DNA of 64,000 bases from an uncultured Oscillibacter sp. (GTDB lineage Bacteria; Bacillota; Clostridia; Oscillospirales; Oscillospiraceae): assembly GCA_902475955.1 (NCBI GenBank), contig CABSBM010000002.1, forward strand, positions 706 to 64,705. Direction: 5' to 3'. The notes under the pieces were generated by a model. That model was not told the DNA's origin, searched no databases, and was given only the letters and a program-made list of their open reading frames with translations. Positions 51,724 to 61,081 of this stretch are shown here, one piece after another. The position numbers and the translations under genes were made by a program. How positions within the stretch are numbered: position 1 is the first letter of the stretch; each line of letters begins with the position of its first letter.

Positions 51724-52395
51724 ATGATCAAGACCATCCTCTGGGACGTGGACGGCACCCTGCTGGACTTCGGGGCGGCGGAGCGGGCCGCCATGCTGTC
51801 CCTCTACCGGGAGTTCGGCCTGGGAACCTGCACGGAGGACGCCCTCCGCCGCTACTCCCAATTGAACAAAGCCTATTGGGAACGCCTGGAGCGCCGGGAG
51901 ATCACAAAGTCCGAGCTCCTGGTCCGCCGCTTCCAGGATTTCTTCGGGGCCGAGGGCCTCACTGTGGACGCCGTGGCCTTCAACGCCGCCTACCAGGCCC
52001 GGCTGGGGGAGACCGCCATCCCCCGGGATGACAGCGTGGCGCTGGTAGCGTCCCTCCGGGGCCGGGTCCGGCAGTACGTGGTCTCCAACGGCACCGTCCA
52101 GGCCCAGACGGCGAAGCTCCGCCGCTCCGGCCTGGACCGGCTCATGGACGGCATCTTCCTCTCGGAGAAGATCGGCGCCGAGAAGCCGGACATCGCCTTC
52201 TTCGCTGCCGTCTTCGCCGCCATCGGTCCGGTGGCGAAGGAGGAAGTCCTCATCGTGGGGGACTCCCTCACCAGCGACATCCAGGGCGGAAGAAACGCCG
52301 GCATCCAGACCTGCTGGTACGCCCCAAACGGCGGGGAGAGCCCCCTTCCCGACCACACCATCCGTGACCTCCATGAGGTCCTGGCCCTGCTGTGA
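51724..52395 (+). CDS. YjjG-family HAD nucleotidase
   Basis: WDVDGTLLDF, SNG, EKPD, VGDSLTSDIQGG. Confidence 0.9.
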   Translation: MIKTILWDVDGTLLDFGAAERAAMLSLYREFGLGTCTEDALRRYSQLNKAYWERLERREITKSELLVRRFQDFFGAEGLTVDAVAFNAAYQARLGETAIPRDDSVALVASLRGRVRQYVVSNGTVQAQTAKLRRSGLDRLMDGIFLSEKIGAEKPDIAFFAAVFAAIGPVAKEEVLIVGDSLTSDIQGGRNAGIQTCWYAPNGGESPLPDHTIRDLHEVLALL

Positions 52396-52433
52396 GGAAA
52401 AAATTCATTTGGAAAAAGCTTTCGGAGGAAACG

Positions 52434-52895
52434 ATGAAAATTGTGATTCGAGAATACTGTCCGGCGGATTGGGACTCCATCCAGCGGATCCATGACGCGG
52501 GAAGACGGGTTGAGTTAAAGCTGGCCGGATTGGAGGATGCGTTTCTGCCCCTTTCCGTTGCGGCGGAGCGGGAGGACCTTTTTGATTATCCGGGTATTTT
52601 TGTCGCCGAAGGGGACAAGGGCGTGGTCGGTTTTGCTGCTTGCACCGCAGAAGAACTGGCGTGGCTCTACGTTGACCCCGTACATTTTCGGGAGGGCGTC
52701 GGACGAAAATTGACCGAATTCGCGCTGCGGCAGTTCCCCAAAATTCAATCGATCGAAGCACTCGTGGGCAATGAGCCGGCACGAGCGCTGTATGAATCGT
52801 TTGGGTTTAAAGTAAGCAAAACCGTACGCGGGAAAATGCCCGGCAACGAAGACTTTGCCGTGGAAGTATATCTGCTGGAACGAAAGGACCCCTAA
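52434..52895 (+). CDS. GNAT-family N-acetyltransferase (AT-richer than flanks)
   Basis: LYVDP..FREGVG acetyl-CoA motif, NEPARALYESFGF; GGAGG RBS. Confidence 0.85.
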   Translation: MKIVIREYCPADWDSIQRIHDAGRRVELKLAGLEDAFLPLSVAAEREDLFDYPGIFVAEGDKGVVGFAACTAEELAWLYVDPVHFREGVGRKLTEFALRQFPKIQSIEALVGNEPARALYESFGFKVSKTVRGKMPGNEDFAVEVYLLERKDP

Positions 52896-52968
52896 ATTTC
52901 TGTTCTATGAGAAAAAGCAGGAGAGGCTCCGCCTCTCCCTCCCGCCCTGCTGTGAAAGGAGACAACCA

Positions 52969-53712
52969 ATGATCCTATATTTCTCCGCCACCGGAAACAG
53001 CCAGTATGTGGCTGGTCGACTGGCGTCGGCCCTGGGACAGGAAGCGCTGTCCATGGTGGACTGCCTTCGGCGCGGCGAGACCTCCTTTACGGATGATACT
53101 ATCTGCGTCGTGTCTCCCACCTATTTCTGGGGCCTTCCCAGCATCGTCAAGGAGTTCCTCGCACAGGCCGATCTCCATACCGGCTACCTCTGCTTCCTTG
53201 CCACCTACGGCACAACGCCGGGTGCCTCCGGCCGTATGGCGGGCAAGGCGATCCAGGGCAGGGCCATCGACGCCTTCTACGCCGTCCGGATGCCGGACAC
53301 CTGGACTCCCATCTTCGACCTCTCCGCCCCGGAGAAGGTGGCGGCGTTCACCAAAACCACGGAGGCGGACATTGACGCGGCCATCCGCGGGATCCGCCAG
53401 CGCCATACCAACCGCCGGATGTCCCCCCGTACCCCCGGGTTTCTCGCGGAGTGGTTCGCGCAGCCCCTCTACAACGGAACGATCCGGAAAACGGCTCACC
53501 TCCGCCTGGAGGAGGGCTGCGTCGGCTGCGGCCGATGCGCGGCGAACTGCCCCGTGCGGGCCATCGAGATGCGGGAGCGGCGGCCGGTCTGGGTCAAGGA
53601 GAAATGTACCATGTGCCTTGGCTGCCTGCACCGCTGCCCGAAGTTCGCCATCCAGTACGGCGGAAACACCCGGAGGCACGAGCAGTACACCCATCCCAAG
53701 ACCAGCGGATAG
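52969..53712 (+). CDS. EFR1-family ferredoxin (flavodoxin-like plus 2x4Fe-4S)
   Basis: YFSATGNS N-terminus; CVGCGRCAANCP and CTMCLGCLHRCP. Confidence 0.9.
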   Translation: MILYFSATGNSQYVAGRLASALGQEALSMVDCLRRGETSFTDDTICVVSPTYFWGLPSIVKEFLAQADLHTGYLCFLATYGTTPGASGRMAGKAIQGRAIDAFYAVRMPDTWTPIFDLSAPEKVAAFTKTTEADIDAAIRGIRQRHTNRRMSPRTPGFLAEWFAQPLYNGTIRKTAHLRLEEGCVGCGRCAANCPVRAIEMRERRPVWVKEKCTMCLGCLHRCPKFAIQYGGNTRRHEQYTHPKTSG

Positions 53713-53777
53713 GGCCCAATCTATCCGAAAAGCAAAGGAGGGAGAGGCTTTGCCTCTCCCTCCCTTCCTGTCCCAGC

Positions 53778-53807
53778 AAAAAAGGGAGCGGCTTACGCCG
53801 CTCCCTT
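53778..53807 (-). terminator. hpf terminator
   Basis: AAGGGAGCGGC-ttac-GCCGCTCCCTT with A-run on + strand. Confidence 0.8.
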
Positions 53808-53814
53808 ACGATTT

Positions 53815-54360
53815 TTACTCCTCTTCCCCGGTCTCGATGAGGCCGTAGCCGCCGTTCTTCCGGCGGTAGACGATACTGAGAGCCCCGTCCTCGGCGCCCC
53901 GGAAGACGAAGAAGTCGTGGTCCAGCAGGTTCATCTGCAGGATGGCCTCCTCGGCGCTCATAGGCTTCACGGAGAAGCGCTTGGTGCGCACGATGTCGAA
54001 CTCCTTCTCCTCCGCCACGCTGAAATCGTCCAGCTCGGCGGGGGCGGGGAAAGCCTCGGAGCGCATGCGCTTGGCAAGGCGGGTCTTGTTCTTCAGGATC
54101 TGCCGCTCGATGTAGCTGATGGCCGCGTCTACGGCGGAGCGCATATCGCCGTCCGTCTCCTGGGTCTGGGCACGGAAGATGGTGTTCCCTCCGCGGATGG
54201 TGAGCTCCACCGTGCAAAGGTGGTTCTTCTCCACGGAGAACGTGACAAATGCGGCAGGTTCCTCCTGGAAGTAGCGATCCAGCTTGGAGACCTTCTTCTC
54301 GGTATACTCCTTGATGGAATCGTTCAGGGAGACTTTCTTGCAGGCAAATGTACACTTCAT
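53815..54360 (-). CDS. hpf: Ribosome hibernation promoting factor (long HPF)
   Basis: KKVSKLDRYF, ERQILKNKTRL, KPMSAEEAILQMNLLDHDFFVF, VYRRKNGGYGLIE. Confidence 0.95.
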   Translation of the reverse strand: MKCTFACKKVSLNDSIKEYTEKKVSKLDRYFQEEPAAFVTFSVEKNHLCTVELTIRGGNTIFRAQTQETDGDMRSAVDAAISYIERQILKNKTRLAKRMRSEAFPAPAELDDFSVAEEKEFDIVRTKRFSVKPMSAEEAILQMNLLDHDFFVFRGAEDGALSIVYRRKNGGYGLIETGEEE

Positions 54361-54574
54361 AGGTATCGCTCCTTTCGTTTGGCGGAGGGGAGGCCCCGGT
54401 CCCGGGGAAAGGGGTCACCCCGCCTCCTTGTCCATATTGTACTATAGGGCGGGAGAAATAGCAAGAGGATTGTTGCCAATTTAACAATGGCGTAACAATT
54501 TGTCGCCCCGCCGGAAACAGAGCCCCCGCCTGTCCGCCGGAGGCGGTCCCAGGGCGCCGGGCAGGGGAGAGGAT

Positions 54575-54640
54575 AAAAAAGGGCCGCCGGCGGACAGCGC
54601 CGCGGGCGGCTCAAGCGGGTGGGATATTGGAAAGCTTCCA
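54575..54640 (-). ncRNA. Candidate ~65-nt small RNA
   Basis: Minus-strand TTGCAA(54669-54674)-17-TACTCT(54646-54651) promoter with TGn; 5' hairpin, C-rich linker, GC hairpin plus U6; no ORF. Confidence 0.45.
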
Positions 54641-54728
54641 AGAGTAGAGTAGCACAAGCCCCCCGCCATTGCAATGGGAGCTTTTGTCAAAAAACCACTA
54701 CTTTCGCCGCCTGGGGCGGCTCCCGGCC

Positions 54729-55685
54729 TTACCCCTCATCCTTAAAATGCTCCGCCAGCACCTGGCTGGCGAAGGCGTCCCCCTGGGCGGCGGCCTTCTC
54801 AAACCAGAATTTCGCCTTCGTGAGGTCCCGTTCCGTGCCCTGACCGTTGAAGTAGAGGGTGCCGCAGTTGCACTGGGCGTCGGGATGCCCCTGCTCCGCC
54901 GCCTTCTCGTACCAGTGGAGGGCCTGGGCCAGGTCCTTGGCGGTGCCCTGCCCCTCGCTGTACATCAGGCCGCAGTTGAACTGGGCCGCGCGGTTCCCTT
55001 GCTCCGCCGCCTTCTCAAACCAGAGGAGGGCCTGGGTCAGGTCCGGCTCCGTGCCGATGCCGTTGTAGCAGAACATGCCGCAGTTGCACTGGGCGTCGGG
55101 ATGCCCCTGCTCCGCCGCCCGCTCCAGCCAGTAGAAGGCCGCGGAGGGGTCCACCTCCGTCTCCTGGCCCTGATAGAGCATGGCGCCGCAGCGGTACTGG
55201 GCCTCGGCGTCGCCGCCCTCGGCGGCGGCCAGCAGCCTTTTCAAAGTCTCCCCGCAGACCTTGGGAGGCTGGGGCCGCTCCCGGCCCGTCTTCGGCTGCC
55301 AGTTGGCCTCCTGGGTGGCCCACCAGCCGGGGAAGACCGGGTCCTCGGGGGCGAGGGTCGCCTCCAGCGCCGCCGGGAAGATCACGGCGTGGTCCTCCTG
55401 CCGCAGGCTGATGGCCCCGGCCCGGAGCCCCAGGCTCAAAAGGTCCATCACCGCCTGGGGCGCGGCGGTCCAGGCGACGCCGTCATAGCGGCGGCAGAAG
55501 CTCTCGTCCACCGGATGGGCCTTGCGGTTCTCATGGACCAGGCTCAGCTGGCCCAGCAGATACCGGATCTCCCGCCGGGCGTCCACCGCGGCCTGGGCGT
55601 CCCACTGCCCCTGGGGGCGGCACTGGGAGAGCAGAGCGGAAACCGTCTCCTCCGTCAAAGGCCGGGGAGCAAAAACATCATTCAT
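54729..55685 (-). CDS. Sel1-repeat (TPR-like) protein with unique N-terminal domain
   Basis: Tandem 36-aa AAEQG...AQ.NCG.MY..G.GT..D...A..W repeats; AAGGAGG RBS. Confidence 0.85.
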   Translation of the reverse strand: MNDVFAPRPLTEETVSALLSQCRPQGQWDAQAAVDARREIRYLLGQLSLVHENRKAHPVDESFCRRYDGVAWTAAPQAVMDLLSLGLRAGAISLRQEDHAVIFPAALEATLAPEDPVFPGWWATQEANWQPKTGRERPQPPKVCGETLKRLLAAAEGGDAEAQYRCGAMLYQGQETEVDPSAAFYWLERAAEQGHPDAQCNCGMFCYNGIGTEPDLTQALLWFEKAAEQGNRAAQFNCGLMYSEGQGTAKDLAQALHWYEKAAEQGHPDAQCNCGTLYFNGQGTERDLTKAKFWFEKAAAQGDAFASQVLAEHFKDEG

Positions 55686-55802
55686 CAGAAAGCCTCCTTC
55701 ACAAGGTTTCGTGTTCCCGCCCAGTATAGCGCCAACGGGGGACGATTGCAAGAGCGCGAAAAGGCGCCCGGCGGAGCGAAGGCTCCGCCGGGCGTGGGAT
55801 AT

Positions 55803-56258
55803 TCACTTTCTCCGGCGTCCACGGCGGCCGTCCATGCCGCGGTTCAGGTCGGCCATCCGGCCCTCGGAGGCGGTCATGAACTGCTTGAGCTTGTCCTCGA
55901 AGATCTGGTCCGGGGTCTGGGGCACCGGGGGCGCCGCCGGTCTCGCCGGGCCCCGTTGGGGGGCCGGACGGAGCGCTCCGCCGCCTCTGGGCGGGGCGGG
56001 ACGGAAGGAGCGGGGACGCTCCTCCTGGGGCAGGGCCTTCTTGATGGAGAGGTTGATCTTCCCATTCTCCGTGGAGAGGACCTTGACCCGGACAGTCTGC
56101 CCCTCCTGCAGGAAATCGTGGACGTCGTTGACATAGGTGGGGGCAATCTCGGAGATATGTACCAGGCCCGAGCGGCCGCCCTCCAGCGCGACGAACGCGC
56201 CAAACTTCAGAATGCTGGTGACTTTCCCTTCCAGAATTTTGCCGACCTCAGGCTCCAT
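55803..56258 (-). CDS. S1 RNA-binding domain protein (YabR-like)
   Basis: FGAFV, GLVHISEI, KINLSIK, FEDKLKQF. Confidence 0.9.
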   Translation of the reverse strand: MEPEVGKILEGKVTSILKFGAFVALEGGRSGLVHISEIAPTYVNDVHDFLQEGQTVRVKVLSTENGKINLSIKKALPQEERPRSFRPAPPRGGGALRPAPQRGPARPAAPPVPQTPDQIFEDKLKQFMTASEGRMADLNRGMDGRRGRRRK

Positions 56259-56313
56259 ATCCGTCTCCCGTTATCTCTTAGATTCCCGCACGCTGGCGGG
56301 GCGATCACTTCTC

Positions 56314-56610
56314 TCAGTGGCCGATGTCCACAAAGACCCGCTCGCCGGGGCTCACAAGACCAAGCTCATCCCGGGCGATGCGCTCCATTTCCTCCTGGCT
56401 GCCGCCCTGGTCGATGCTTTTCTGCAGGGCGTCGTTCTCCTGCTGCTGGGTCTGGACCTGCTGCCGGAGCTGCTGCTCCTGGGCCTTGGCCGCCGTCAGC
56501 TGGTCCTGCATCCGCCAGACCTGCCAGCCCAGTGCCAGAAGCAGCGCCAGGATCACAAGACGCACGGAAAATCCGGACGCCACTTTGCGCTTTTTTCCGG
56601 CTCTCGCCAC
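56314..56610 (-). CDS. divIC: Septum formation initiator (DivIC/FtsB family)
   Basis: TM plus coiled coil; ERIARDELGLV.PGERVF; synteny yabP-yabQ-divIC-yabR. Confidence 0.85.
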   Translation of the reverse strand: MARAGKKRKVASGFSVRLVILALLLALGWQVWRMQDQLTAAKAQEQQLRQQVQTQQQENDALQKSIDQGGSQEEMERIARDELGLVSPGERVFVDIGH

Positions 56611-57079
56611 GCCGCTTCCCCCCTTTGCGCCGCCGCCTGTGGGCCGCAGCGCCGATTTTCCTTATTGTAAACCATTTTCTCCAAAAATAAAAGAGGTTTT
56701 CGCGGAACTTTTCCACTTTTTTAAGCCCCCGCCCCAGCAGCCGGACCGGCAGCAGGGCAAGCCCCACCGCCGCCTCCGCCGTTTGGGCCCAGAAGTCCCA
56801 GACCGGGGCCAGGAGAGGGGAGAAGCAGGTGAACTGCAGCGCCGCCCCGCCGATGGCCCCCAGCAGGCAGTAGAGCCGCAGCTCCCCCGCCCCCCGCCGC
56901 AGGGCGAAGAGCAGCAGCGCCAGCCCCGCCGCGAGGCAGAAGGCCCCGTCCAGCAGGGCGGTGAGCCGCCGCCCCCGGCGGCGCAGGGGCCGGAGGAGGT
57001 CATAGAGCAGCGCCAGCCCCAGCCCCAGCAGAATGGACTGCCCAAAGAGCAGCAGCTGCGCCGATACCTGGATCCTCAT
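56366..57079 (-). CDS. yabQ: Spore cortex biosynthesis protein YabQ
   Basis: QLLLF..SILLG...LLYDLLR, GELRLY; synteny; 3' end overlaps divIC. Confidence 0.8.
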   Translation of the reverse strand: MRIQVSAQLLLFGQSILLGLGLALLYDLLRPLRRRGRRLTALLDGAFCLAAGLALLLFALRRGAGELRLYCLLGAIGGAALQFTCFSPLLAPVWDFWAQTAEAAVGLALLPVRLLGRGLKKVEKFRENLFYFWRKWFTIRKIGAAAHRRRRKGGKRRGESRKKAQSGVRIFRASCDPGAASGTGLAGLADAGPADGGQGPGAAAPAAGPDPAAGERRPAEKHRPGRQPGGNGAHRPG

Positions 57080-57357
57080 CCCCCCAGGAGCCTCCGCAGC
57101 CAGCCGCCGCCCCCCTCAGAGGGATCCTCATAGCTGATGGCGTCGATCCGGCCGTCCACGTGGAGCTCGCCGCCCTCCAGGGAGAGCTGGCCGATGTGCA
57201 GCCCCTCCCCGGTGACGGTGAGGAGCCCCGCCGACGTGGCCATCACGATGCCCGTCTCGTCAAAGCGCTCCACGTCCTCCACGCCGGAAACCGTCAGGGT
57301 CTCCCGGCCCGTCAGCGTCAGCCGGTGCTCCATGGGCACCCGGTAATCGTTGTTCAT
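57076..57357 (-). CDS. yabP: Sporulation protein YabP
   Basis: H.LTL.GRE.L.VSGVEDV..FDE, G.L.V.GEGLHI, C-terminal LRRLLG. Confidence 0.9.
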   Translation of the reverse strand: MNNDYRVPMEHRLTLTGRETLTVSGVEDVERFDETGIVMATSAGLLTVTGEGLHIGQLSLEGGELHVDGRIDAISYEDPSEGGGGWLRRLLGG

Positions 57358-57456
57358 TCTCGTCCCTCCCCCCGCCGACATCCTATGCGCCCGGGACGAG
57401 GCTCAGACCAAAAAACCGGGAGGGACGCGGCGCGTCCCTCCCGGAATCAACTCTTT

Positions 57457-58812
57457 TTACTTGGCCTTCTCCCGCTGGAAGCTGTGGAGCCAGTCGCTCT
57501 TGTGGTAGTAGATGAGAAGCACCACGGTGCTGATGCTCCAGGTGATGGGGTAGACCCAGTTGACGGTGTTGATGCTCTGGGTGATGGGCACCGCGATCCA
57601 GAGGATGCTAACCCGCAGCACGCACCAGACCGAGAGCATCACCACCATGGGCACCATGGCCCGCCCCGCGCCCCGCAGCACGGCGGAGAGGCAGTGGGTG
57701 GCCGCCAGCAGGCAGAAGAACAGGGCGCAGATGTGGGCCTTGTCCACGCCGAAGGCGATGGCCGCCTGGGAGTCGCAGAAGGCCCCGATGAAGGCCGGCG
57801 AGAAGACGTAGGTGATGACGCCGATGCCCTCCGCGATGAGGAGCGAGCAGAGGATGCCGAAGCGGGCGCCCTTCTTCGCCCGGTCAAACTCCTCCGCCCC
57901 CAGGTTCTGCCCCACAAAGGTGGTGATGGCGGAGGTGAAGCTGGTGATGGGCAGGAAGGCGAAGCCCTCCACCTTGGCGTAAGCGCCGCAGCCGCTCATA
58001 GCCAGCTCGCCGAAGGCGTTGATGTTGCTCTGCACCACCACGTTGGCGAAGCCGATGACGCTGTTCTGGAAGCCGGAGGGCAGGCCGTAGCGCAGGATGA
58101 GCCGTAGCATCTCCCGGTCCGGCCGGATCTCCCGGAGCACCAGCCGGTGGTCCTCCTTGGTCCGGAAGAGCCGCCGCAGGCAGAGACCGGCGCTGAGGAA
58201 CTGGGCCAGGATAGTGGCCAGGGCCGCCCCGTCCACCCCCATCCCGAAGACCCCGATGAAAAGGAGGTCCAGGCACACATTGGTAACAGAGGAGATGATG
58301 AGGTAGTAGAGGGGGTGGCGGCTGTCGCCCACCGCCTGCATGATGCCCATGCAGGAGTTGTAGAGGGAGAGGCCCAGGCTCCCGGCGAAGTAGACGCGGA
58401 TATAGGTGACGCTCTGGGGCATGACCTCCGCCGGGGTCCCCATCCAGCCCAGGATGATGGGCGTCAGGGTGGTGCCGATGAGGGTCAGCGCCCCGCCGGA
58501 GATCAGGGCGAAGAGGATGGCGTTGTGGACGGCCTTGCGCATCTTCTCCGTCTCCCGGGAGCCGAAGTAGCGGGAGATCACCACGCCCGCCCCCATGAAG
58601 ATGCCGGCGAAGAAGCCCACAAGAAGGAAGACCAGCGTCCCCGTGGAGGTGACGGCGGCCAGGGACCGGTCGCCCAGCAGGTTCCCCACGATGAGGGCGT
58701 CCGCCGTGTTGTAGAGCTGCTGGAAGAGGTTCCCCAGGAAGAGGGGCACCGCGAAGCGGATGATCTTGTCCGGAATGGAGCCCTCTGTCATGCGTACCTG
58801 TGTCGCTTTCAT
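57457..58812 (-). CDS. MATE-family efflux transporter
   Basis: GNLFQQLYNTAD, GDSRHPL, NVCLDLLF, GQNLGA. Confidence 0.92.
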   Translation of the reverse strand: MKATQVRMTEGSIPDKIIRFAVPLFLGNLFQQLYNTADALIVGNLLGDRSLAAVTSTGTLVFLLVGFFAGIFMGAGVVISRYFGSRETEKMRKAVHNAILFALISGGALTLIGTTLTPIILGWMGTPAEVMPQSVTYIRVYFAGSLGLSLYNSCMGIMQAVGDSRHPLYYLIISSVTNVCLDLLFIGVFGMGVDGAALATILAQFLSAGLCLRRLFRTKEDHRLVLREIRPDREMLRLILRYGLPSGFQNSVIGFANVVVQSNINAFGELAMSGCGAYAKVEGFAFLPITSFTSAITTFVGQNLGAEEFDRAKKGARFGILCSLLIAEGIGVITYVFSPAFIGAFCDSQAAIAFGVDKAHICALFFCLLAATHCLSAVLRGAGRAMVPMVVMLSVWCVLRVSILWIAVPITQSINTVNWVYPITWSISTVVLLIYYHKSDWLHSFQREKAK

Positions 58813-59154
58813 TGCCCGCCGCCTTTCGCCGCCGTGTAAAGATTCCGCAAAGAGGCGTCCCCGAAAAAAAGACGCCATGTAAAGTCCATGTAAAATGGGA
58901 CCGTCAGCGTGAATATTTATTATAGCAGGGTCTTTGGCGGACTGCAAGGGTTTTCCTGCCTTTCTCTGACGAACAGGGGCGAAAAGATCCGTTTCTTGTA
59001 GGAAAACACAGTGGGATCGCCTCCCAGGCCCCCCTGTTTGTCAGGGCGCACAGTTGCGTTTTGTAAAATGTCTCTGCTACCATGGCGGTATAAAGGGAAA
59101 ATATGAAAGACATTTTCGGGAGAGATACCGGCTTACCGCCGGGAAGGAGCGAGC

Positions 59155-60909
59155 ATGAGCGTTTTTGACATCCTGGATCTCATCGGGGGCCTGGCCCTCT
59201 TCCTCTTCGGCATGCACATCATGGGAGACGCCCTGGAGAAGGCCGCGGGCTCCCGGCTGAAAAACATCCTCGCGGGCATGACCGGCAGCCCCCTCCGGGC
59301 GTTGCTGCTGGGCCTCGGCGTCACGGCGGTGATCCAGTCCTCCTCCGCCACCACCGTCATGGTGGTGGGCTTCGTGAACTCCGGCCTCATGGAGCTCCGC
59401 CAGGCCATCGGCGTCATCATGGGCGCCAACATCGGCACCACGGTGACGGCCTGGCTCCTGAGCCTCAGCGGCATCCAGGGAGACAGCCTGGTGCTGAAGC
59501 TCCTGAAGCCCTCCTCCTTCACCCCCGTCCTGGCCCTCATCGGCATCCTCCTGGTGCTGGGGTCCAAGCGTGGCGTCCGCCGGGACGCCGGCACGGCCCT
59601 CCTGGGCTTTGCCGTCCTGATGGCGGGGATGGAGACCATGAGCGGCGCTGTGGCCCCTCTCGCCCACAGCGAGACCTTCGCGGGCCTCCTTCTGGTCTTT
59701 ACCAATCCCATCCTGGGTGTCCTGGCCGGCGCGGCGCTGACGGCCGTCATCCAGTCCTCCTCCGCCTCCGTGGGCATCCTCCAGGCCCTCAGCGCCACCG
59801 GCGCCGTCACCAACGCCGTGGCCATCCCCATCATCATGGGCCAGAACATCGGCACCACCGTCACGGCCCTCCTCTCCTCCGTGGGCACCAACCGTGCCGC
59901 CCGCCGGGCCGCCCTCGTCCACTTCTACTTTAACCTCATCGGCACCGTGGTGTGCCTGCCGGTCTTCTGGCTCATCCGGGACCTGGCGGCTCCCGCCCTC
60001 CTGGGGGAGAGCGCCTCCGCCTTCTCCATCGCCGTCTTCCACAGCGTCTTCAACGTCACCTGCACCGCCCTGCTCTTCCCCTTCCGGGGCAAGCTGGAGG
60101 CCCTGGCCATCCGTACCATCCCCGAGACCGCCCAGGACGCCCCCTTCGCCATGCTGGATGAGCGCCTTCTCGCCACCCCCGCCATCGCGGCGGAGCGCTG
60201 CCGGACCCTCATCTGCGACATGGCCTCCCGGGCGGAGCGGAACCTGCTTCTCGCCATCTCCCTCCTGGTGGAGCCCAGCGACACCGCCTTTGAGACCGTG
60301 GAGACCGAGGAATCCTATCTCGACCGCTGTGAGGATGCCCTGGGCAGCTACCTTGTGAAGCTCTCCGCCGCCAGTCCCAGTGAGGCGGACAGCCGCAGCG
60401 TTTCCCAGTGGCTCCACACCGTCACGGACTTAGAGCGCATCGGCGACCACGCCATGAACATTGCCCAGCACGCCCGGGACATGGCCCAAAGCGGCCACCG
60501 CTTTTCCCCCGCCGCCCGGGCGGACCTCCAGGTCATCACCGACGCCCTGACGGAGACCGTCACCCGGGCCACCCAGGCCTTCCGGGACGGCGACATCCCC
60601 GCGGCGCAGCGGGTGGAGCCCCTGGAGGATGTCATCGACAGCCTCTCCGCCCAGCTCCGGGACCGGCACGTCAAGCGCCTCCAGGCCGGGCAGTGCGAGT
60701 TCGCCAACAGCTTCGCCTTCGACGAGATCCTGACGGACCTGGAGCGGGTGGGCGACCACTGCTCCAACATCGCCGCCTGCGAGATCGCTCTCAGCGCCGC
60801 CAACATGGACATGCACGCCTACCGGGACGCCGTGAAGGCCGGGGAGACCGGCGACTTCCGGGCGGAGCGGAAGGCCGCCGCCGCCAAGTACCGCCTGCCC
60901 CCGCTGTAA
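59155..60909 (+). CDS. Na/Pi cotransporter family protein with PhoU-like C-terminal domains
   Basis: Two QSSSA repeats, GANIGTT/GQNIGTT, two DLERIGDH/DLERVGDH motifs. Confidence 0.92.
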   Translation: MSVFDILDLIGGLALFLFGMHIMGDALEKAAGSRLKNILAGMTGSPLRALLLGLGVTAVIQSSSATTVMVVGFVNSGLMELRQAIGVIMGANIGTTVTAWLLSLSGIQGDSLVLKLLKPSSFTPVLALIGILLVLGSKRGVRRDAGTALLGFAVLMAGMETMSGAVAPLAHSETFAGLLLVFTNPILGVLAGAALTAVIQSSSASVGILQALSATGAVTNAVAIPIIMGQNIGTTVTALLSSVGTNRAARRAALVHFYFNLIGTVVCLPVFWLIRDLAAPALLGESASAFSIAVFHSVFNVTCTALLFPFRGKLEALAIRTIPETAQDAPFAMLDERLLATPAIAAERCRTLICDMASRAERNLLLAISLLVEPSDTAFETVETEESYLDRCEDALGSYLVKLSAASPSEADSRSVSQWLHTVTDLERIGDHAMNIAQHARDMAQSGHRFSPAARADLQVITDALTETVTRATQAFRDGDIPAAQRVEPLEDVIDSLSAQLRDRHVKRLQAGQCEFANSFAFDEILTDLERVGDHCSNIAACEIALSAANMDMHAYRDAVKAGETGDFRAERKAAAAKYRLPPL

Positions 60910-61081
60910 ATTTGCCCCGCTCCCGGGCCCCGGCGTCCCCCTCAAGCGCCGGGGCCCGACTCCTTCTGATGGAACACGCCGCCATTTCTGGCGGCGTGTT
61001 CCCTTCCGTAAGGAATTTTTCGCACTGCGCTCGGGTGCCTTGCCCCGGCAGAGCCGGGGCCGCGACACTTCGCTTCGTGAG

